Below are positions 9,531 through 17,624 of a stretch of DNA of 33,853 nt, one piece after another. How positions within the stretch are numbered: position 1 is the stretch's first letter; the number at the start of each line of letters is the position of its first letter. Both the position numbers and the translations under genes were made by a program. Origin of the DNA: a bacterium (lineage in GTDB: Bacteria > Myxococcota_A > Polyangia > HGW-17 > JAJRWW01); NCBI GenBank assembly GCA_043825095.1, contig JBDRSE010000082.1, positions 1-33,853 of the forward strand, given 5' to 3'. The notes below the pieces were generated by a model. The model ran no database searches and was not told the DNA's origin. It saw only the letters and a list, made by a program, of their open reading frames with translations.

Positions 9531-9690
9531 GCAGGCACACCCGGCCGTTCGCGAGCTCGCCCCACGTCCGTGCCGGCCAGCGGAGCATGCGTTGTTGTCA
9601 GCCATGTCCGAAGGGAGGAATTCGGGAAGCCGGACAGCCGATTCTTCGGAGGCTGTGACGCGAGAGAGGTTGTGCGAAAAACGCCTGCGA

Positions 9691-9805
9691 CCGGACAATT
9701 CTCGGGGGGGTTGCATTGCACCTACATGACTATTGTCCGCCTTGGGGCCTCAATCCGGACAATTCTCGGGGGGGTGCATTGCACCTACATGACTATTGTC
9801 CGCCT
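9691..9805. repeat. Two near-identical ~51-bp direct repeats (9691-9742 and 9755-9805; 12-bp spacer), each carrying internal 8-9 bp inverted arms CGGACAAT...ATTGTCCG
   Basis: The copies are identical apart from a single T indel after a G7 run. They read ccggacaattctcggggggg(t)tgcattgcacctacatgactattgtccgcct. Arms cggacaatt (9692-9700) and tattgtccg (9731-9739) flank ~30 bp. The region is intergenic between divergent genes. Confidence 0.8.
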
Positions 9806-10000
9806 GGAGCGGAGCGGGCTGCCGCCGCACGGGCGGCGTCGGCCCTGGATAACGGCTCACAAGTGTAGCTCACATTGGACTCCTACACGCGCTCGGAAGC
9901 CATACGGTGATTATCTGTCCTTGGGCTGAGGTCTTCCGACACGAGGTGTTGGCGCCCAGCGGCAGATCTCTGGTAAGCTGCGCCGCAAAGAGACGACCCC

Positions 10001-11041
10001 ATGACGCGAGAAACACTCTTCCGGGCCCTGTTTGCCCTCGCCCTGATCGCTCCCGGGTGCGGCGAGAGCAGGCCCGAAGCCACGAGCCCGCGTCCAGCGG
10101 CCATGCGAGCCGACACCCCCGCGCCCACGGCCGCGCGGCCGGAGCCGCGGCGAAGCGAGCCCCCCCCCGGCCTCGCGCCTCGCGCCTCCCGGCCGGCAGC
10201 GCGGCCGGCGCCCCGACCGGCGCTCCCGGCAGTGGCTGTCCCAACTACCGCCGAGGCGGCCAAGCGCTACCCCTGGCCGCGCCGGCGCCCGGCATACGAG
10301 TCCGTCGCCTCCCGCTTTCCCGCGCCCGCGAGGTTCGCGCGGGTGACGGTCAAGCCCAACTCCTACGCCGAATGGCTGCGCCACCTGCCGCTGCTGCCCA
10401 AGGGCACCCCGGTGCGAGACCATGCCGGCGGCAAGCTCGTGGGCGCCACGGCTGCGGCCGCGGCCGTCATCGACCTGGACGTGGGGCGCAGGGACCTACA
10501 GCAGTGCATGGACACCCTGATGCGGCTGCGCGGCGAGTACCTCTGGTGGCGCAAGCAGGCCCACAAGACCCGCTTCCGCTACGCAGGCGGCAAGTACTTC
10601 GGGTGGGCCCAGTGGAGCCGCGGCATCCGTCCCCAACGCCAGGGGCGTCGCATCGTCTATGTCCCGCAGGCGCGCGCCGCCCACGGACGTCAGAGCTTCC
10701 GGCGCTACCTGACCTTCATGTTCATGATGACCGGCACCGTCCACAACACCCGGGAGCCGCACGTAGCCTACAAGGATCTCGCCGCAGGGCACTTCTTCGT
10801 CCAGCCCCCGCCCAGCCCGGGGAGTCTCGGCCACGCCGTGGTGATCCTCGACGTGGCCAGGAACCGCTCCGGCGAGGTGCGCGCGCTCCTGGGCGAGGGA
10901 TACACCCCGGCACAGGACCTCCATGTGCTCACGGCCGGGCCCGGCCGGGCGTGGTACCGCCTGGATCCGGCCCAGGGCGTGCAGACGCCCCAGTGGCCTG
11001 TCCCCTTCACCTGGAAGCAGCTCCGCCGCTTCCGCTACTGA
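10001..11041 (+). CDS. Hypothetical lipoprotein with Pro/Ala-rich linker and conserved C-terminal domain (possibly DUF4846-like; conserved Cys/His/Asp could indicate a papain-like fold)
   Basis: The ATG at 10001 gives MTRETLFRALFALALIAPGCGESRPE (signal peptide plus Cys). A Pro/Ala/Arg-rich linker follows. The globular domain contains LQQCMDTLMRLRGEYLWW ... GHAVVILDV. Family assignment is from memory and unverified. Confidence 0.6.
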   Translation: MTRETLFRALFALALIAPGCGESRPEATSPRPAAMRADTPAPTAARPEPRRSEPPPGLAPRASRPAARPAPRPALPAVAVPTTAEAAKRYPWPRRRPAYESVASRFPAPARFARVTVKPNSYAEWLRHLPLLPKGTPVRDHAGGKLVGATAAAAAVIDLDVGRRDLQQCMDTLMRLRGEYLWWRKQAHKTRFRYAGGKYFGWAQWSRGIRPQRQGRRIVYVPQARAAHGRQSFRRYLTFMFMMTGTVHNTREPHVAYKDLAAGHFFVQPPPSPGSLGHAVVILDVARNRSGEVRALLGEGYTPAQDLHVLTAGPGRAWYRLDPAQGVQTPQWPVPFTWKQLRRFRY

Positions 11042-11086
11042 GAACCACCAACCCGCCGGCAGCCCGCCGGCAGGCAGGAGACAAGC

Positions 11087-11686
11087 ATGACGAAACGCAC
11101 GCTCATCACCGCAACCTTGGCCCTAACCCTCGTCGTCGGCGCGCACACCGCCCGGGCGGGCAAGCCCGGCGGCACGGCCGCCAAGGGGACCGTGGTCGCC
11201 CTCGTGACCAACCACGGGACGATCGAGATCAAGCTGTTCACCAGGCGGTCCCCCAAAACCACCGCCAACTTCTTGTCGTACGTAAACAGCAAGTTCTACG
11301 ACGGCACCATCTTCCACCGGGTGATGTCGAACTTCATGATCCAGGGCGGCGGGCTCACCAAGTCGTACAAGAAAAAGACAACCCGGGCCGCGATCATCAA
11401 CGAGGCCACCAACCGCCTGAGCAACAAGCGGGGCACCGTCGCCATGGCCCGTACCAACGACCCGCACACCGCCACGGCGCAGTTCTTCATCAACGTCCAG
11501 GACAACTACAACCTCGACCACCCCACCACCTGGGGCAACAACTGGGGCTACTGCGTCTTCGGCGAGGTCGTCAAAGGCATGAACGTGGTGGACAAGATCC
11601 GCAACGTCCGCGTGCGCCGCCGCGGCGTCCACACCCACGCGCCCGTGAACCACGTAGTGATCAAGCGCGCCTACGTCGTGAAGTAG
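11087..11686 (+). CDS. Peptidyl-prolyl cis-trans isomerase, cyclophilin type, with signal peptide (periplasmic PpiA-like)
   Basis: FHRVMSNFMIQGGG, GTVAMARTNDPHTATAQFFIN and WGYCVFGEVVKGMNVVDKI match cyclophilin signatures. The N-terminus MTKRTLITATLALTLVVGAHTARA is a signal peptide. RBS is GGAGACAAGC before the ATG. Confidence 0.9.
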   Translation: MTKRTLITATLALTLVVGAHTARAGKPGGTAAKGTVVALVTNHGTIEIKLFTRRSPKTTANFLSYVNSKFYDGTIFHRVMSNFMIQGGGLTKSYKKKTTRAAIINEATNRLSNKRGTVAMARTNDPHTATAQFFINVQDNYNLDHPTTWGNNWGYCVFGEVVKGMNVVDKIRNVRVRRRGVHTHAPVNHVVIKRAYVVK

Positions 11687-11760
11687 CTAGGCGCCATCCC
11701 AACAATCGTCGGGCGAGAAGACGTTGAAGTCGCTGGCGACAGCCGTTCTCGACACGGATT

Positions 11761-11928
11761 CTATGGGCAACAGATCTGCTGACAGTAGCCGACACTTTCA
11801 TAGAACGCGCACTCTGACACACAGACCGACGCGTTGCACACCGGTCGTTCGCAGGGCGACTCACATCCAGCCAGCGGACTCAGGACGAACACACCCAGGA
11901 AACAGGCGAGTGAAACTCTGGGCACCAT
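11761..11928 (-). CDS. Small Cys-rich lipoprotein/peptide (55 aa; 8 Cys in a 34-aa mature part), not in the ORF track
   Basis: Hand translation of the minus strand gives MVPRVSLACFLGVFVLSPLAG|CESPCERPVCNASVCVSECAFYESVGYCQQICCP*. The n-region MVPR, hydrophobic core and LAGC lipobox are textbook. An in-frame stop lies 3 codons upstream, so the ATG at 11928 is the first start. GGGAGG lies ~14 nt upstream. The segment is lower-GC. Confidence 0.45.
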   Translation of the reverse strand: MVPRVSLACFLGVFVLSPLAGCESPCERPVCNASVCVSECAFYESVGYCQQICCP

Positions 11929-12156
11929 CGCGTATCGCTAGTCCTCCCTTGATAGGGTATTCCGGATCCGGGCATACAAGTCTGACGCATCCACCAGCGG
12001 TTCGGCTCGCGCGCTCTGTCGCCCAGCCTCGATCTCCTCATGTAGTGCCGACATGTCATCGGCGCCTCGAGATCGGCCTCCAGATAGGGAGCAACCTCAT
12101 GGAACTCCTCTTCAGACAAGCGCTCAAGCCTCAGGATGATCTCAGACCTGGTCATG
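11880..12156 (-). pseudogene. DUF2281-like (antitoxin-like) ORF, likely degenerate: conserved N-terminal 31 aa then non-protein-like tail overlapping the lipopeptide gene out of frame
   Basis: MTRSEIILRLERLSEEEFHEVAPYLEADLEA resembles DUF2281/addiction-module antitoxin N-termini (from memory). There is no RBS. The C-terminal 60 aa are W/C/R-rich and overlap 11880-11928 of the Cys-rich peptide gene in another frame. Confidence 0.3.
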
Positions 12157-12294
12157 CCGCGATTATGGCACGGCCTTGCCACTGAAGCCAACCGAAGTGG
12201 TTACGGTCAAAGGGCTCGAGTGCCTTTAGCTGGCAAACACAAATGCTGGTAGTGGCTCTCATCACAAAAACGGAGGTGATAGCCTGAGATCCTG

Positions 12295-12328
12295 GGCCAC
12301 CTCGGCCTGCCGGCCACCTCGGCCTGCC
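12295..12328. repeat. Perfect tandem duplication of 17-bp GGCCACCTCGGCCTGCC (x2)
   Basis: Copies are at 12295-12311 and 12312-12328. They lie in the intergenic islet upstream of the DUF2281-like ORF and 65 bp downstream of the rlmL stop. Confidence 0.9.
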
Positions 12329-12392
12329 TTCATCACCCTCTCGGAGTGGCTGGAGCCCCATCACGCCTCCGATTTGCATGTTTGCACGGGAT

Positions 12393-14522
12393 CTACGCCC
12401 GGATCAGGAAGCAGTGGTGGATGCGGCGGCTGCGGCTGAAGTCCTCGGGGATGGTCTGGCGGGTGTAGTCCTCGATCTGCAGGCCGCTGAGCAGGCTCTG
12501 GTCCAGTTTGAATTTCTTATAATTATTAGAGAAGATCAGGAGGCCGTCCGGGGCGAGCCGCGCCATGGCGCTCTGGATGAGCTCGGCGTGATCCTGTTGC
12601 ACGTCGAAGCTCCGGTCCAGGGACTTGGAGTTGGAGAAGGTGGGCGGGTCGAGGAAGATCAGGTCCCAGCGGTCCCGCTGCTCGGCGAGCCAGGCCAGGC
12701 AGTCGGCCCGCACCAGCTCGTTCCGCCGCTCGTCCAGCTTGTTGAGCGCGAAGTTCCTCCGCGCCCAGCCGACGTACGTGTTGGAGAGATCCACCGTGGT
12801 GGTGCTCCGCGCGCCCCCCTTGGCCGCGTACACCGACGCGGTGCCGGTGTAGCCGAAGAGGTTGAGCACCCGTCGGCCTCGCGCGTGCTCCCCCACGAGC
12901 TGCCGCACCAGGCGGTGGTCCAGAAACAGGCCGGTGTCCAGGTAGTCGGTGAAGTTCACCAGGAAGGAGTGCCCGCCCTCTCGCACGCGGTGGTAGTCGC
13001 CGCCCTGCCCGAGCTTCACGTACTGCGCCCGGCCCCGCTGCCGCATCCGCACCTTGAGAAAGACCCACTCGGGTGGGACCTCGAGCACCTCCGGCACCAG
13101 GGCCTTGAGGTCGGCCAGTCGCTCCGCGGCCTTGGCCGGATCCACGCTCGCCGGAGGGGCGTACTCCTGCACGTGTACGAAGTCTTCGTAACGATCGATG
13201 GCTGCGGAGTAGTCGGTCAGGTCGGCGTCGTAGACCCGGTAGCAGCTGATGGACTGGCGGCGCGCCCACTTGGCCAGGTGCCGCGCCCGCTTGCGCAGCC
13301 GCCCGACAAAGGCGTCGGACCCGGGGCCGGGCTTGTGCGTCACCGGCGCAGACACGTTGCGATTTGCCAGCACCGGCAGCTCGACCCGGAGCAGCTCGCA
13401 CTCCAGGGCGCCGTTGTAGAGTCGGTAGGTCTCCTCGGGCGCGAGCCCCAGGCTGCCCGCGAGCTGCTCGCTGCCGGTGAGCACGCCGGCCCGCCAGCCG
13501 CCGAACCGCTCCCGGAGCAGCGCGCCGAGGCTGGAGTAGAGAAGCCGCAGCTCGCCGACCTCGCCGAGTCGCTCGCCGTACGGTGGGTTGGTGGCCAGCA
13601 GGCCGGTGTCACACCTGGGCGGCGGCTCACATCCGGACAGCTCCCGCCGCTCGATGTGCACCCGGCCCGTGAGCCCGGCCCGCTCCACGGATTCGATGGC
13701 CCGGCGCACCGAGGCCGCCGAGGCGTCGTAGCCGACAATGGTCGGCAGCCGGTCGAGCCCGGCGTCCCGCCGCTCCCGGGCCTCGGAGAGCAGCCGCTGC
13801 CAGAGCGCCTCGTCGTGACCGCGCCAGCCCTGGAATCCGAAGTACTCCCGACCCAGCCCCGGGGCCCGATCCGCCGCCCAGAGCGCCGCCTCGATGGGCA
13901 GCGTGCCGCCACCGCACATGGGGTCCACGAACCCGCCGCCGCCCGCGGCAACCGCCGGCCAGCCCAGCAGGGAAAGCACCGCCGCGGCCAAGCTCTCCTT
14001 GAGGGGCGCCTCCATGCCCGGCGCCCGGTATCCGCGGCGATTCAGGCTCTCCCCGGCCAGATCGATGCTCAGGGTCGCCCAGTTCCCCTCGAGGTGCAGA
14101 TGGATCGACAGGTCGGGTCGCCGCAGGTCCACCGACGGTCGTCGCCCCGTCTCGTCGCGGAACTGATCCACCACGGCGTCCTTGACCCGCCGGGAGGCAA
14201 ACACCGTGTGCCGCAAAGCGGCGTTCCGCCCGGTGGCGCGCACCGCCAGGGTGGAATCGGGGCCGAGGTGATCCTGCCACTTCACCCCGCGCACTCCGAC
14301 GTAGAGCGCGTCGGCGTCGGGCGCGGGAAACCGGGCGAGCTCGAGCACCACCCGGCTGGCCATCCGGGACCACAGACAGCTGCGATAGGCCAGCTCCAGG
14401 GTCCCTTCGAACGCGACCCCGGCCGAGGTGGCGCGAACGCGCCCGGCGCCCAGCTCGCGCAGCTCCTCCCGGAGCAGCTTCGCCATCCCGAGGGGCACCG
14501 TCGCGTAGAGCTTCAAAGTCAC
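12393..14522 (-). CDS. rlmL: Bifunctional 23S rRNA (guanine2445-N2)/(guanine2069-N7) methyltransferase RlmKL (THUMP plus two methyltransferase domains)
   Basis: At 709 aa the length is collinear with E. coli RlmL (702 aa). The N-terminus [22 protein letters not shown] matches [30 protein letters not shown] and [12 protein letters not shown] (NPPY) motifs are present, plus a C-terminal second MTase domain. Start is GTG at 14522 with GGAAG upstream. Confidence 0.9.
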   Translation of the reverse strand: [709 protein letters not shown]

Positions 14523-14552
14523 TGAGCTTCCCTAGCTCGCCTGGACGAACTT

Positions 14553-14562
14553 TGCAATTGCA
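14553..14562. promoter_or_regulatory. Perfect 10-bp palindrome TGCAATTGCA in the rlmL/valS divergent intergenic region
   Basis: The sequence is its own reverse complement. It sits 31 bp from the rlmL start and 74 bp from the valS start. Confidence 0.2.
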
Positions 14563-14635
14563 TCGTGCGACGGTCGGGGGTAAATGACCAGGCTGTATCC
14601 TCGACGGAATCCCTCTGCCTAACCCTGGACGTACC

Positions 14636-17557
14636 ATGACCGACAAGACCCTGACCCAACGCCCCGAGCCTGCGGACACCAAGCAGTACGATCCTCAGCT
14701 GATCGAGGAGCCCTGGTACCAGTGGTGGGACGAGAACCGGTTCTTCCACCCGGAGCCCAACCCGGACCGGAAGCCGCACACGATCATGATCCCGCTGCCC
14801 AACGTCACCGGGCTGCTCCACCTCGGTCACGCGCTGAACAACTCCATCCAGGACGCCGTGACCCGCTGCCGCCGCATGCAGGGCTACGAAGCCCTCTGGC
14901 TGCCCGGCTGCGATCACGCTGGGATTGCCACGCAGTCCGTGGTGGAGCGGCGGCTCCACGAGGAGGAGGGGCTGACCCGCCACGACCTCGGGCGCGAGAA
15001 GCTCCTGGAGCGCATCTGGGCCTGGAAGGACGAGTACATGGGCCGGATCCTCGGCCAGCTCCGGCGCATGGGCGCTTCCTGCGACTGGGAGCGCACCAAC
15101 TTCACCATGAGCGACAAGCTCTCCCGGGCGCTGCGCAAGGTGTTCGTGGACTTCTTCCACGAGGGGCTCATCTATCGCGGCAAGCGCCTGATCAACTGGT
15201 CGGTGGGGGTCCAGACCGCGCTGTCCAACGACGAGCTGGAGCACCACGAGATCGACACCTTCTTCTGGGACCTCAACTATCCGGTGAAGGGCGAGCCCGG
15301 GCGCTTCATCACCGTGGCCACCACCCGGCCCGAAACCATGCTGGGCGACACGGCGGTGGCCGTGCATCCCGACGACGAGCGGTACCGGGACCTGGTGGGC
15401 AAGACGGTGATCCTGCCCCTCATGGATCGGGAAATTCCCGTCATCGCCGACGAGCTCCTCGCTGACCCGGAGAAGGGCACCGGCGCAGTCAAGGTGACCC
15501 CGGCCCACGACTTCAACGACTATGAGTGCGGGCTGCGCCACGACCTGCCGCAGATCAACATCCTGAACCCCGACGGCACCCTCAACGCCAACGCCGGCAG
15601 GTACGAGGGGCTGCAGGCAACCACCGAGGCCCGGGATCGCGTGGTAGGGGACCTCAAGGCCCTGGGGGTGCTCGGAAAGATCGAGCCCCTCTCCCACAGC
15701 GTGGCGCACTGTTACCGCTCCGGCACCGTTGTGGAGCCGTACCTCTCCGACCAGTGGTTCGTGAAGATGGACACCCTGGTGGACCTGGCCCGCAAGTGCT
15801 TCGTGGAGGACCGGCAGGTGAAGTTCTTCCCGGAGCGGCGGGGAGACGACTACCTGCGCTGGCTCGACTCCACCCCGGACTGGTGCATCTCTCGGCAGAT
15901 CTGGTGGGGCCACCGGATTCCGATCTGGTACTGCCTCGACTGTCACCCCGACATCGAGCTCGGCGCCGACGGCGAGCCCCTGCCGATCCCTTCGGACGCG
16001 GTCCCCATCGTGTCCCGGCGCACCGACCCCTGGGCCAATCCGTCGACGTGTCCGACCTGCGGCGGCGGCCGCCTGGTGCAGGACCCGGACGTGTTGGACA
16101 CCTGGTTCTCCTCCCAGCTCTGGCCCCTGTCGACCCTGGGCTGGCCGGACGACACCGAAGACCTGCGGTACTTCTATCCCACCAACGTGCTGATCACGGC
16201 CCGGGACATCCTGGCGCTGTGGGTGGCGCGCATGATCATGATGGGCATGAAGTTCATGGACGGCGTGACCCCCTTCCACCACGTCTACATCCACGGCACG
16301 ATCCTGGACGAGACGGGCAACATCATGTCCAAGAGCCGCGGCAACGGCTTCGACCCGGTGAAGGTCATCGAGGGCGGCATGGACGAGATCCGGGGCAAGT
16401 TCGAGCCCGCCCCCGGCATCCCCACGCATCGCGTGGAGCACTACAAGATCTACGGCGCCGACGCCCTGCGCTACGGCATCCTGTCCCTGACCACCGGGCT
16501 CAACCAAAGCCTCAAGCTGTCCGTGCGCCGGGACCCCAGACAGGGGGAGGGCGAGGTGCCGCACTTCGACGTGGAGGTGCCGATCTTCGAGGAGGGCCGG
16601 CGGCTCGCCAACAAGCTCTGGCAGGCCTTCCGCGGCGTGATCCTACCGAACCTCGAGGGGCTGTCCACCCGCCCGCCGGACGCCAGCGGGAACCCCGAGG
16701 ACCGCTGGATCCTGAGCCGCCTCGGCGGCGCGGTGGCGGACGTAACGGCCAACAACGAGATCTACCACCTCGGAGAGACCTGCGACCGGATCTACCACGT
16801 GTTCTGGGACGACTACTGCTCCCGGTACCTCGAGGTCATCAAGCCCCGGCTCTGGGGCAACGAAGGCGAGGCGTCCAAGCACCACGCCCAGCACACCATG
16901 CTCAGCTTTGCCGACGCCATCCTGCGCCTGCTGCACCCCCTCATGCCCTTCGTCACCGAGGCGCTGTGGCAGGAGCTCCGGCCGAGCCTGGCCACGGCCT
17001 TCGGAACCGAGCCGCCCGACGCGATCATCGTCGCCCCCTGGCCCCAGGCAGCCGACTATCCGGTGGACGAGGCGCTGGAAGAGACGACCCGACTCGTGCA
17101 GGAGGTGACCACGGCGATCAACTCCATCCGGGCCGACGTGCCGGGTGTGGCTCCGGGTCAAACCCTGCCGTCAGTCGTGCTCTGCGCTGAAAGTCCCGAC
17201 CAGCTCGCGCCCCTCCGGGAGCTCTGGCCCGGGATCCGACGGCTGGCCAAGGTGGAGCAGGTGACCGAAGGCGACCTGGAGCATCCGCCGCCCAAGAGCG
17301 CCGCGGCAGTGGCCCCGCCGATACGGATCTTCGTGCCCCTCGAGGGGCTCATCGACGTCGGCGCCGAGCAGGTTCGGTTGAGCAAGAAGATCGACAAGCT
17401 GCAGAAGCAGGCTGACGGCCTCGAGCGCAAGCTCGGGAACGAGAAGTTCGTCAGCCGGGCGCCCGCAGAGGTCGTGGAAAAGGACCGCACCTGGCTCGAG
17501 GAAACCCGCCAGTCCATCGCCCTGCTCCAAGATCAGCTCGCAAGGCTGAGTGACTGA
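14636..17557 (+). CDS. valS: Valine--tRNA ligase
   Basis: The HIGH-region motif PNVTGLLHLGHALN, the KMSKS motif IMSKSRGN, an editing domain and a C-terminal coiled-coil (RLSKKIDKLQKQADGLERKLGNEKF) are present. The 973-aa length is typical. Confidence 0.95.
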   Translation: MTDKTLTQRPEPADTKQYDPQLIEEPWYQWWDENRFFHPEPNPDRKPHTIMIPLPNVTGLLHLGHALNNSIQDAVTRCRRMQGYEALWLPGCDHAGIATQSVVERRLHEEEGLTRHDLGREKLLERIWAWKDEYMGRILGQLRRMGASCDWERTNFTMSDKLSRALRKVFVDFFHEGLIYRGKRLINWSVGVQTALSNDELEHHEIDTFFWDLNYPVKGEPGRFITVATTRPETMLGDTAVAVHPDDERYRDLVGKTVILPLMDREIPVIADELLADPEKGTGAVKVTPAHDFNDYECGLRHDLPQINILNPDGTLNANAGRYEGLQATTEARDRVVGDLKALGVLGKIEPLSHSVAHCYRSGTVVEPYLSDQWFVKMDTLVDLARKCFVEDRQVKFFPERRGDDYLRWLDSTPDWCISRQIWWGHRIPIWYCLDCHPDIELGADGEPLPIPSDAVPIVSRRTDPWANPSTCPTCGGGRLVQDPDVLDTWFSSQLWPLSTLGWPDDTEDLRYFYPTNVLITARDILALWVARMIMMGMKFMDGVTPFHHVYIHGTILDETGNIMSKSRGNGFDPVKVIEGGMDEIRGKFEPAPGIPTHRVEHYKIYGADALRYGILSLTTGLNQSLKLSVRRDPRQGEGEVPHFDVEVPIFEEGRRLANKLWQAFRGVILPNLEGLSTRPPDASGNPEDRWILSRLGGAVADVTANNEIYHLGETCDRIYHVFWDDYCSRYLEVIKPRLWGNEGEASKHHAQHTMLSFADAILRLLHPLMPFVTEALWQELRPSLATAFGTEPPDAIIVAPWPQAADYPVDEALEETTRLVQEVTTAINSIRADVPGVAPGQTLPSVVLCAESPDQLAPLRELWPGIRRLAKVEQVTEGDLEHPPPKSAAAVAPPIRIFVPLEGLIDVGAEQVRLSKKIDKLQKQADGLERKLGNEKFVSRAPAEVVEKDRTWLEETRQSIALLQDQLARLSD

Positions 17558-17624
17558 CCGCAGCGATCCGTGGCGGTGCTTCTCCATGGCGGCCGTGGCG
17601 CCTTTCCCAGGGCTGGAGGCGATC

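Noticed and set aside
9570-9929. 119-aa ORF crossing the 51-bp direct repeats (gives duplicated GG(L/V)HCTYMTIVRL peptide)
   Set aside because: It has no RBS and no coding bias. The duplication in the peptide simply mirrors the DNA repeat. The other small ORFs in 9240-10000 are equally unconvincing.
9907-11727. 606-aa plus-strand ORF spanning two genes
   Set aside because: It is an off-frame read-through of the lipoprotein and cyclophilin genes with an Arg/Pro/Gly-rich translation.
11724-12379. ORFs 11724..12185 (+) and 12152..12379 (-) in the low-GC islet
   Set aside because: They have no motifs, no RBS and no signal peptide. They conflict with the better-supported lipopeptide and DUF2281-like ORFs.
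12378-14525. 715-aa plus-strand ORF
   Set aside because: It is an antisense shadow of rlmL. Nested minus-strand ORFs 12526..13401, 13340..13951 and 13627..14682 are alternative-frame artefacts.
14519-16564. 681-aa minus-strand ORF
   Set aside because: It is antisense to valS. The ORFs 14722..15465 and 15526..17190 are off-frame valS artefacts.
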